Positions 33,872 to 43,000 of a DNA stretch of 64,000 nt are shown here, one piece after another. The notes under the pieces were generated by a model, which searched no databases, was not told the origin of the DNA, and saw only the letters and a program-made list of their open reading frames with translations. The position numbers and the translations under genes were made by a program. The stretch spans positions 11,750 through 75,749 of the forward strand of contig JAKAFY010000002.1 of the NCBI GenBank assembly GCA_021817785.1, in the 5' to 3' direction. Each line of letters opens with the position of its first letter. The first letter of the stretch is position 1. The stretch comes from a bacterium. GTDB taxonomy: Bacteria > Patescibacteriota > Microgenomatia > UBA10105 > UBA927.

Positions 33872-34858
33872 TTACGGCCGCGGGCTAGGAAACGCACCAG
33901 TCAACGTATACGTGTTGAGTTGACCGTCCACATTGAATTGCCACTTATCCTGATACTGGCCCATGTAAACACCCTCACTGCAATTTGTTAGGTCGCGTGA
34001 GCTGCTTGCAAAATATTCAGTTACATGGCTTTGCGTCGGGCAGACGTAGTAAACCCGTCCTATAAGGAGGGCTTCCGTGCTCACAAATGCGTAGCCACCC
34101 GCTGCGTTATCTGGATACATGGTGACTACTTCGCCAGGCTGACTGCCGTTGATGTCATATAAGAACACGCGGTACGCCAGTTTGTTCAACAGTCGACCCG
34201 CTTCGCAATTGCTTTCGGTATGATCGTTGTAATCGCCCTCTGCCTTGTAGCGAAGTTCATATTGACCATTGCCCGGACAAAACAGATAGTCATTGCCTTC
34301 CTTCATGTCGGACCACGGCACGATGTTTGCTACTGGCGCGGGTGCTTCCACGCTTGTTGTTGAAAGGACGGCGACATGGAATATTGCAGTTATAGTCCAA
34401 GGCTTTTTGTCGGCCTTGCAGGTCACCGTTACATCTTTGCTCGTGGTTAAGTCCGGGTTTTGACCATCTTTAAATCCACAAGTGGTGGGGAACACAACTT
34501 CCAAATTCGAGTTGATACCATCGAATTTTGTATTCCCACCCCATGGTTGTCCCTGATAGATGCTAAGCGGGTAGCGAGCTGCACCTTGAACCAGATCACC
34601 ATCTATCTTGAAACGCACAATGTCGTTTTCAAGTTTTTCACTGGTTACGTTTGTCGCTCCTTGGACTGAATACGTAACTCCCACGACATTGATGGTGCCG
34701 GCAGCCGTGACTGTCGCAACTGGCGTGTAGTCCTTTGCGGACCCAGTTGCTTGTGCGGCGGGCGACGCTGTTGCTGTTGGTGTGCTACCAGCACTGCATC
34801 CCCAAAGTGAAAATGCTACGATCAACATGCTTAAAAACGCGAGCAGTTTCTTATTCAT
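33872..34858 (-). CDS. putative lipoprotein
   Basis: Signal peptide with lipobox LWGCSAG. The 328-aa Cys-rich extracytoplasmic domain has no recognisable homology. Confidence 0.5.
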   Translation of the reverse strand: MNKKLLAFLSMLIVAFSLWGCSAGSTPTATASPAAQATGSAKDYTPVATVTAAGTINVVGVTYSVQGATNVTSEKLENDIVRFKIDGDLVQGAARYPLSIYQGQPWGGNTKFDGINSNLEVVFPTTCGFKDGQNPDLTTSKDVTVTCKADKKPWTITAIFHVAVLSTTSVEAPAPVANIVPWSDMKEGNDYLFCPGNGQYELRYKAEGDYNDHTESNCEAGRLLNKLAYRVFLYDINGSQPGEVVTMYPDNAAGGYAFVSTEALLIGRVYYVCPTQSHVTEYFASSSRDLTNCSEGVYMGQYQDKWQFNVDGQLNTYTLTGAFPSPRP

Positions 34859-35537
34859 TCTCTATCACTCCTGATTAGTATTTTTCCAAAATCCCTCAAA
34901 TACCCCCTGCCGGAGATATTTTTAGGGTTACTCGTTTGGCCGCAGATGTGCTCGCGGCGTTTTTCTGCTTTTTGTTGTGGTTTAATTTTTCTTTTTTCTT
35001 TATTTCTTCTTTTCCTCTTTCTTTTCTGTTTTTCGAATGGATTGTTTTTTCTTTGTTAAAAAAGAATTTTTCTTTCCCCCACGTATAAATTCTTGATTTT
35101 TTCTTAATATTCCCCTAGTTTTAATACCCCCTATTCAGAAGAGAATATGGTTCTCTCCAAGTAGGGGGTAGTAACCCAAGGGTGCCACAACAATCAGGAG
35201 TTCATGCTACACGACCCCTTATTATTAAATGTATTTCCAACTCTCTCATGTTAATGTGCTCCTCGCGTTGCTCGGAGTGGGTAAACCCACTCACAGCCGC
35301 AATTGGCCGCTTGAACTTCGCAAAGAACCCACGGTCCATCAGCCAGAGGCTGACAAGAGCGTGTTTCCGGTGATTGGTATCACCAGAAGCAAGGGGGAAT
35401 ACAGATTCCACCTTGCTTCCGGCGACTTGAATTATCAATCAATAGTATTAAGTGCTAATAGCATATATACAGGTTGCTACGGCAATCTATCTATATATTC
35501 TATTGACACTCAAGTAGGCGAGATGTAGAGTAAAGTA

Positions 35538-35768
35538 ATGTTGACGAAAAATGATTTAGCGAATATCGGCAAAGTTGTTGATCAAAAACTTGATGCAAAG
35601 CTTGATGAAAAGCTGGATCCAATCAAGAAAAAAATTGATTCAATTGATAAAAAATTGACCTTGTCGATCAAACTTTCTCAAACAGAATCTAAATATCACC
35701 ACTTACGATTGGTGGAATTAGAAACTAAGACAGGTGTAAAAAGGCCTCCGTATCCAACCTCTAATTAA
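35538..35768 (+). CDS. small coiled-coil hypothetical protein
   Basis: 76 aa with heptad-like repeats KLDAKLDEKLDPIKKKIDSIDKKL, followed by a terminator hairpin. Confidence 0.35.
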   Translation: MLTKNDLANIGKVVDQKLDAKLDEKLDPIKKKIDSIDKKLTLSIKLSQTESKYHHLRLVELETKTGVKRPPYPTSN

Positions 35769-35793
35769 TATTAAATTTTCAATGTGCTTGCCA

Positions 35794-35884
35794 TAAAAAA
35801 GGCAGACTCTCGTCTGCCGGTTATTTCGTTACTTCGTTATTTGGTTACTTCGTTACTTGGTAAGGCCGGCAGACCTTTTTTTAT
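35794..35884. terminator. bidirectional rho-independent terminator region with alternative hairpins and tandem repeats
   Basis: A-run, then hairpin GGCAGAC-tctc-GTCTGCC (35801-35819), then tandem GTTACTTCGTTA repeats, then CCGGCAGACC followed by a T7 run (35876-35883). Confidence 0.5.
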
Positions 35885-35906
35885 TGCTTCGTCCTGATGT
35901 TTTATT

Positions 35907-36569
35907 TCAGGCGAGCCGTTTCCTCCCCATCATAAAGAGCAAGACGCCCATCCCGCCGATAGCGGCGAATGTCGCGATAATCATATTGTCTTCAAATCCC
36001 GCAACCGGCAGGGTCGTGGCACCTAAGACTTTGGTTTGTACGCAGAGTGAGCTTGTATCCTGGTCGGATTGGCCGCCCGGACCGGTGGCGGTCACGGTAT
36101 TGACGATATTGCAGGTGATGTCCTGGTTGGCAGGAAATACCGACGTGTCTTTGACTTTGACCAGTACGCGGTTATGGACGGTGGTGCCGGCGTTGAGATT
36201 GGACAATTCGTACGTCAGTTTGTTGGCCGCGGCTTCATACGTGCCCGGACCGGACACAAAGGTCACTTGGCTTGGGAATACGTCGATGACCGTCACCGTC
36301 TGGAAATTCACGTTACTTGTATTGGTTACGGCCACGTCGTATTCCACTTCATCTTTGGGGGAATATGCGGGATCAGCGCTTGTCAGATTTTCGACAAACA
36401 GGTTGGGATTTCCCGGATAGGCCACTTTTTTGTTGACAACGATATTGGTAGCCGGGCAGTCCACGGTAGCGCCGTATTGATTGGTGCAGCCGTCGGCCAG
36501 TGCTCGCGGAGCGATCGCGAATAACGAGCCGATAACCAGGAATGATGCAATTCGTTGTTTTGTGCTCAT
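35907..36569 (-). CDS. sortase-substrate-like surface protein (LPVAG sorting signal)
   Basis: N-terminal signal peptide. The C-terminal LPVAG is followed by the hydrophobic stretch IIATFAAIGGMGVLLFMM and the basic tail GRKRLA, the classic cell-wall sorting signal architecture. The protein is Thr/Val/Asn-rich. Confidence 0.6.
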   Translation of the reverse strand: MSTKQRIASFLVIGSLFAIAPRALADGCTNQYGATVDCPATNIVVNKKVAYPGNPNLFVENLTSADPAYSPKDEVEYDVAVTNTSNVNFQTVTVIDVFPSQVTFVSGPGTYEAAANKLTYELSNLNAGTTVHNRVLVKVKDTSVFPANQDITCNIVNTVTATGPGGQSDQDTSSLCVQTKVLGATTLPVAGFEDNMIIATFAAIGGMGVLLFMMGRKRLA

Positions 36570-36665
36570 ATGATATGGTTTGTGACAGTTGTAAACGCGA
36601 GTCTGCGGACTATATCATAATCAGCCCGGCGTGTCAAATATTATAGGGCATATATTCACATTAAT

Positions 36666-37067
36666 TTACTTTGTAATATCAAAGAATAACTGAGCGATAG
36701 CACTTATGACATCGCGAGCGCTTTTTTGTTCGAGATCTTCAGGTGTACAGATTTCGAGTTTCTGTTTGAGAGTGAGTTTTTCTTCCTGGTTTGGCGGAAT
36801 ATGAAAATGGAATTGCACTTGATTTTTTTCAACGTTATGGGAGGCCGATAACTGAGGCGTTGTTCCATATCGCAACGCGGGTCTGAAGTGCGGAAGTTCC
36901 TCTTGCCGAATACGCATTGCTGCTTCTTCGAGGGTTCTAAATGAACGATACGTCCCAAAATTACGATGCAGCAACTCAGCCAGTTCGTGTTCCACCTTCT
37001 GATAGTCACGTAAATTACACACAGGAGCGGAGGTGTATATGGTTTGTTCACTCGATGTTTTGGCCAT
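36666..37067 (-). CDS. hypothetical protein
   Basis: 133-aa ORF between the surface-protein and sortase genes with no recognisable domain. Confidence 0.35.
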   Translation of the reverse strand: MAKTSSEQTIYTSAPVCNLRDYQKVEHELAELLHRNFGTYRSFRTLEEAAMRIRQEELPHFRPALRYGTTPQLSASHNVEKNQVQFHFHIPPNQEEKLTLKQKLEICTPEDLEQKSARDVISAIAQLFFDITK

Positions 37068-37290
37068 ATTGGCGCCTTTATATATAAACTATAAATTTAC
37101 ATACATGAACCGTCACTCGTTTATTGACCTTTCCGGTTACCGCCGTTTTATAAATACGAAGCCAATTTCAGACTTGTATCAGATCGCGATCCACCATGAT
37201 CTTCTAGTGATCCCGGCGGCTTACCTCGTGCTGCCGCTCTTGCGAGACGAGGTCATAGTCCTCGTGAGCACGTAAGGTGGTGCCGATGGG

Positions 37291-38196
37291 TCAGATAGAC
37301 AAGGTCGAGTCTTGCACCAAATCTGCAAATATAAGAAGTCGCTCTGTCGTAGAACCCGGAGGCCAGCAGGTCTGGAGGATAAGATTTTTGGTGCCTGCGT
37401 GGGGGACGAGGTAAGAAACAGCCTCGGGAGAGACAATCTTTTTTTCGGTGATTTTGTATGTGTACTGGCGGCCTTTGTATATGATAGCTATCTGGTCTCC
37501 CGTGTCCAGGTTTTTGACCAGGTAAAAGACGGCGTTTAGGTCTTTTACAAACCAGTCGTAGCTTGTGGAATGGGAAAAAAGGTACACCGTGCCGTTTTCG
37601 TCCGGAAAGTAGCTTGTGGAGGCGTGTGCGACCCCTTCGGTGAGCGCTTTTTCGTATTCGCCCGGGTTTGCAGGATTGACGGCTGGGATAACCTTGGCAT
37701 TCACCCCGATTTTGGGGATGATGAGGCCAAAGTTGGTGTCCACCGGCACGATTGCGGAGCCGTCCGGATTGGTAAGCGGGGTAAAAAGCACGGTTTTGGC
37801 GTTCGTGGCCACGGGTTTGGGTGCGGGCTTTATGCGGTCGGCAAGGGAGCGCGAAAGCGTAGAGAACGCAGGCACCATACGCTTCGTGGCGCGGGAACCG
37901 TATTGAAGCGTCTCTATAGCAAGGATATCTGCCCGTTTTGCGGCTGTATTGATGATTGTACGAGCCTGCATGCTACGGTACCCAGCCTCTAACCGGATAA
38001 ACGGCGTAAGCGGGCCGGTAAGGCCGCCTAAAGCCAGCGCAATGAGGCCAAGGCCGAGTATTTTGCCAAGATCGGACTGTTTTTTTTGCGTTACTGTCGA
38101 CTGTGAACCGTGAACTACGGACTTTTTATAGTCCCAGTCGTGATAGTAGATGATGCCGGAGGAGCGCATAGAGTTAACAAAGTGACAAATTGACAA
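37291..38196 (-). CDS. sortase family transpeptidase
   Basis: N-terminal TM anchor, conserved His region (YLFSHS), catalytic TLxTC-like LILQTCWP, and RLLIFA (Arg). It lies about 700 bp from the LPVAG substrate gene. Confidence 0.75.
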   Translation of the reverse strand: MSICHFVNSMRSSGIIYYHDWDYKKSVVHGSQSTVTQKKQSDLGKILGLGLIALALGGLTGPLTPFIRLEAGYRSMQARTIINTAAKRADILAIETLQYGSRATKRMVPAFSTLSRSLADRIKPAPKPVATNAKTVLFTPLTNPDGSAIVPVDTNFGLIIPKIGVNAKVIPAVNPANPGEYEKALTEGVAHASTSYFPDENGTVYLFSHSTSYDWFVKDLNAVFYLVKNLDTGDQIAIIYKGRQYTYKITEKKIVSPEAVSYLVPHAGTKNLILQTCWPPGSTTERLLIFADLVQDSTLSI

Positions 38197-38325
38197 AGTA
38201 ACGGGAAATACAGTGTGTGATCTTAATTGGTTACTTTGTTTGTCGGTAATTTGTTATAGTAGTATACACTATAAGCTAGTTGTGGGCAACTGAAGTAACA
38301 AGGTGCATGTATAAAGAAGTACGTA

Positions 38326-38631
38326 TTATGAGCGACGTGCGGCGGGAAAACTGTTTGCATACGCAGTCGGAGATCTCATAGCGCGTATATAGTCCATTTG
38401 TCGACCCATTTTGGCAACTTGCAGTGCTATATCTGCATTTCTTATTCGATCAACGATCGGTGGTTCTCGTAACGCTCGTGCGAGCGGATCAGGCATGCTA
38501 TGGATAAAATCCGCGAGGGCATCGACGGCGTTCCATTTGGCATGCCCGAGCTTCACTATGTCAGAGTCCATATACAAATGATCGAATCCGGATGTAACGG
38601 GTGGGGAGAGACACTCCTTGCTGTCATACAT
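38326..38631 (-). CDS. hypothetical protein
   Basis: 101-aa ORF with no recognisable domain. Confidence 0.3.
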   Translation of the reverse strand: MYDSKECLSPPVTSGFDHLYMDSDIVKLGHAKWNAVDALADFIHSMPDPLARALREPPIVDRIRNADIALQVAKMGRQMDYIRAMRSPTAYANSFPAARRS

Positions 38632-38649
38632 AGGCTATATCATACACCA

Positions 38650-39231
38650 TTATTTACGTATACGCGGTGATGCCGCTATTGGGTGCGGCGATACATACAG
38701 CGATTTTTCAAACCGAACCATGGGAGTACCCGCTATGGTCACCCGGCCGGTTTCTTCAAAGCCTACGCCGGTAAATAACCGGATACTTTTTTCGTTATTG
38801 GGTTTGATCATAGCCCGGACAGACGTAAGGTGCACGGTGTTTTTTGCATACTCCAAGACTTGTTGTATGGTCTGCTTGCCTACGCCTTTACTCTGATATT
38901 CTTTTTCGCCGATGACGATGCCGATTTCTCCGGTATTTTGCGGTTGTTGATCTTGGCGCAAACTGACCAGTCCGATCGTTTTCCCCCCGGCTGTGATGTC
39001 AAAATAATGCCGAAGCGGGTCGGTGGTGGCGTAGTATATCCAGTTATCAATATCCTGCGGCATGCTGGGGAGGTCATCATACATCCATGTGCGTATATCA
39101 GGATCATTCATCCATTTCATCCAGTTGGTAAACGTTTGGTGCGAATCCGTGGTTTTTTTCAGCGTCACAGTCGGTTGGGATGGGATTTCTTTGTGCGTTG
39201 CTGGGATAGGTCGTTCGGCGATGGCGTTCAT
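38650..39231 (-). CDS. GNAT family N-acetyltransferase
   Basis: Acetyl-CoA binding motif region GIVIGEKEYQSKGVGKQTIQQVLEYAK (Q/R-x-x-G-x-G/A). Confidence 0.75.
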   Translation of the reverse strand: MNAIAERPIPATHKEIPSQPTVTLKKTTDSHQTFTNWMKWMNDPDIRTWMYDDLPSMPQDIDNWIYYATTDPLRHYFDITAGGKTIGLVSLRQDQQPQNTGEIGIVIGEKEYQSKGVGKQTIQQVLEYAKNTVHLTSVRAMIKPNNEKSIRLFTGVGFEETGRVTIAGTPMVRFEKSLYVSPHPIAASPRIRK

Positions 39232-39291
39232 GTAAGCTCGGGAGTATAGCAGAATAGCCTATAAGAGGCAACTCTCTGTCTTTATATGCGA

Positions 39292-39333
39292 GATATTTGT
39301 CAATTTCACCAATTGGGAAATATAACAAATATA
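39292..39333 (-). promoter_or_regulatory. palindromic operator-like motif copy 3 (reverse orientation), upstream of the GNAT gene
   Basis: ATATTTGTCAATttcaCCAATTGGgaaATATAACAAATAT is the reverse complement of the 16555/17207 motif. It lies about 65 bp upstream of the GNAT start. Confidence 0.45.
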
Positions 39334-39421
39334 TGTGAAGCGACTCAAGACATACAAAGCCTATCATCTGCTTAGGTGATCCCGTATGCGGAAGGCGGGC
39401 TATTACTGAACGGCCCGTTTT

Positions 39422-40015
39422 TTATATTAGAGCCGGGGGAAGGGAAGGTATGGGCGCTGCTGCTCCCGGCATGCCGCGCATGACCGGAGTGCCGTTTATG
39501 ATTGCCCGGACAATTTGATCGGTGCTGCCGCCAGGAAGTTTGTCCCACATTTTCGCAGCATCCTTGCCGGCGGTTGTTTTGTAGTATTCCTGATACGTAA
39601 TCGTTTCATTTTGGATCGCTTTGCGTTCGTGAGCAATAATTCCCCATGGCCAGAGTGCACTTCCTGCAGCCATCGTCGCTCCTATGGCAATACCCGGCCC
39701 GACTATGCCCGGGAATACGGATCCAGCTGTGGCGGCAACAAGTGCCACCCATGCACCGGGAACCATGCCGAATACACGCATGGTGAGATCACTCATCAGC
39801 GTGTCCACATCTTTAATTTTGAGCATGTCTCTTAGTTTCGGAAGCATATCCTGATAACTCTTTTTGAGCGCCCCTTCAGGAAGTACTAAAATAATTTTTT
39901 GGAATTGTTCAGCGCGGGCGGAAGAAACCGGATGAATGATTTTTTCAATGCCACCTCGTACGCGGTCTACAATAGATGTAGATGATTGCTCGTGAGACAA
40001 GATACGTTCTGACAT
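39422..40015 (-). CDS. hypothetical membrane-associated protein
   Basis: 197 aa with the Gly/Ala-rich hydrophobic segment GAWVALVAATAGSVFPGIVGPGIAIGATMAAGSALW. It lies immediately downstream of the giant gene on the same strand. Confidence 0.4.
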   Translation of the reverse strand: MSERILSHEQSSTSIVDRVRGGIEKIIHPVSSARAEQFQKIILVLPEGALKKSYQDMLPKLRDMLKIKDVDTLMSDLTMRVFGMVPGAWVALVAATAGSVFPGIVGPGIAIGATMAAGSALWPWGIIAHERKAIQNETITYQEYYKTTAGKDAAKMWDKLPGGSTDQIVRAIINGTPVMRGMPGAAAPIPSLPPALI

Positions 40016-40060
40016 GAGCTAAGTATAAAGAGACAAGTCTAAAAATGCAAATTATAGGCT

Positions 40061-43000
40061 TTATTTCGTCTGTTTGGCAAACCGTACCTCGATTTTTTCA
40101 CCAACGACATCTATACGGTCCGCTTTCCAGGTACGACTGATTTTTTTATCCAGATGCTGGAGGACAATGTCATTAAAATTATTGAGCTGATGATGGATGG
40201 TGCCCGAAACCACTTTCATAAGAATCGGCAAGTCCATATGCAAAGAGTTCGGTTCTACGACGAGTCCCTTTTGCGGGTCGGTAATCAGCGTTCCGCTAAA
40301 TGCAGCCTCTCCGAATATGGGCGATTTTGCTTTCATATCAACAAGCTTTGCGGTATTTCCGTCCAGCGTGATTTTTCCCTCAGTAATACGCGTGTTTCCT
40401 GCCATATGGAGTGAAGACTTAAGATAATCCATAAGTTCGCCGGTCGTGACATCCATAACCGCGCTCGTCTGTTCTTTTGACCGGTCCAGGATATAATGCA
40501 TACGGTCCTCAACGCCTTCCGGAAGCATTTCCCGTGACGGCGCCGGCATAGCAACTTCCGGCGTTCCCTGGTTTTGGGTCGATGTAACGTCAGGAGAGGA
40601 AATGGAAGACGCCATGGTTTCCGCCTTCGCTGAAGCTTCGGCGGACAAGTCCGCTGGTCCCTCCGTCGCGGAAGCTTCTGAGGATGAGCCCGCAACATTT
40701 TCCAGTGCTTCTCGGGCAGTTGCCGGTTCCGGTTTCGTGGCCTCAACTACTTCGCTGGCTGCCTGTTTGGCAAACGCTTCCGTGTCTATTTCTGCACCCA
40801 TATTTGCCGATAAGCTGGTCATATCGGTTATCAGGACTTTGTCGTCTTTGACTTCGTATTGTATGCCTAACGCATCCATCGTGCGTTTAAAGTATCCGTC
40901 AAAACGGGCGGGGTTGGCTGCTTTAAGGGACGGATACAGTGTGGCATACATATTCGACAGGTTTGCTTCGAGTTGTTCTTTGGTATAGGATTCCGTGGCT
41001 TTTTGGGCCATATCGGACCATGACATATCTTTGTACGTATCATTCTTTTCAAGCGGGACCTGTTCGGCAAGTCCCATTGGCTGCAAATATTGGTAATAGA
41101 TGGTTTCCTTGGGGTCGATCGTTGTCCGCATTTCGGGAATGATTTGTATACCATCTCCAGAGCCGCGGGCCGACCTCATCATCCAGGAAAGTTCACGGTC
41201 CTCGGCTCCCGGGGAGTCCGCATGATAGCCGCCGACCGCCGCAAGAGAGCCTGCGCGGATAGCCATGTTGCCGCTATAGACATTCGGAATGCTTCCGGTA
41301 TCTCCATGGCGGACAAACGCGTCAAAGAGCTCAAATGCGCGGTGGCTTGCAAATAACATGGGATACTGGGTAAATGCTTCTGCGGGTAATTCATTTGCAC
41401 CACTTATGATATCAACAGTGGGATTGGCATCAGCGGCATCGATAAGGCCTGCGACATACGTGGGTTGTACCGTCATACCCGGCACGGTGTTGTCTGTCAA
41501 AAGCAGTACGTCCGGGTGATCGGCAGGAAGCGTACCTAACCGCGACAGGACGTAGTTCGAAAGATCCCGTTTGATGCGCCCGCTCTTCAGATCTCCGTCA
41601 TAGGTGTGGGAAAGATAGACGACATGTGCGTCCGGGTGCTCGGTCATGAACGTATCAACGTCTGTTTTTACCGTGCTTTCCGCTGCGGGATTGATGTCAT
41701 AGACGATGAGCTCTACCTTTTTAAGATCCAGAGGCGCGCCGTCTTTGGTAGTTTGATTTGTATACTGAGCCAGCCGTTGTCCGATACCGGTCCCCGCCGA
41801 AGACGTGGGGAAGGTGATAACGGTTCGCACATCTGGTGCGATCGGCGCATCATGCTGGGCGACCAGACCGGAAAGTATATTCGTATCCTCCTGCGGGAGC
41901 TGGCTTAGATACCATGCGATTTCCTCCGATTGGGAAAGTTTTGCCTGCGGATTTTCCGTAAGCCGCGGAGATTTCCGGCTATCCATGGTTTCTTTGGAAA
42001 TAAACGCGCCTTCGTTGCCCAGCGGGAAATAAAATGTTTCGGCAGACGGCGCTACTTCCGAAGGAAGTGCTTCCATGGGCGCGGCTTCCAATACGGATCG
42101 CACCGGAAGAATAACCGGGAACCAGGGGATTTCCCCGGCGACTGCGGTGGCAGTGTGTGTGGCTGCCGTGTTGAATTCACTGAATACCTGTCCGATATGA
42201 CGCGTTGCGAAATCTTCCGTTGACCGGCCGACAGACGACCCTGCTGCTGCCACATAGTCACGCGCGGCCATATCGCGCACCCCACGGTCGAGCATGTCCC
42301 CGGCATGTATAGCTTGCGTGGCTGCTGCATCATGAGCTTGTACGGTTTGTGCCGCCACAGCGTCATGTACCTGCGTCATTTCGCTGGGAAGCGTGTAGGG
42401 AATTTTGATCGTATTTCCGATAACAGGTCCGATGTGAGCCACTTCAGCAGTGGGATAGGACGGAGTAATGCTTATAAGATTGTGTGTAGCAGTCGGGGCT
42501 TCAACAACGGGTGCTCCAACGACCGGTGTGGTATGAGGTGCCGTGCCGCTTAAACGCGCCATAAATGAGGTAAGATCCGTCGGGTTCGGTAATTGATTAT
42601 CCTGTCCTACGTACCCGAGTTTCAACGCGATTGCTTCATACCGCGACTCTCCGCCTTTGTCATAAAGGTGTTGTATGGCATCAAGCGGACCCGCCGACTT
42701 TGCGAGTTCCTTCTGATAATCAATAAGCGCTTGGTGTTGAATTTTGGCAAATTCTTTTATGCCATCTGGTCCGAATACCTTCGGATCTACGTGAATTGTT
42801 GCATCGTTGGGAATTCTGGAAAGGTCCATTTCACTCGTTGGCCCTATACCGCCATGTGTAGCATCGCCAAATGTTGCATGGCGGAAGTTTTCCGGATGTT
42901 TTATTGCATCAAAAAAGTTGGCATGAGGTGAATCGTTGGGAATATCAATAACTTTGTCCATGTGATCGTGGGCATACATACGGAACATATTTTTAAAGGC

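Noticed and set aside
40960-41770. Confident glycosyltransferase domain call inside the giant protein
   Set aside because: Only the beta-alpha-beta spacing and a TDN in place of DxD are visible. Without a profile search this is too weak, so it is mentioned only as a possibility.
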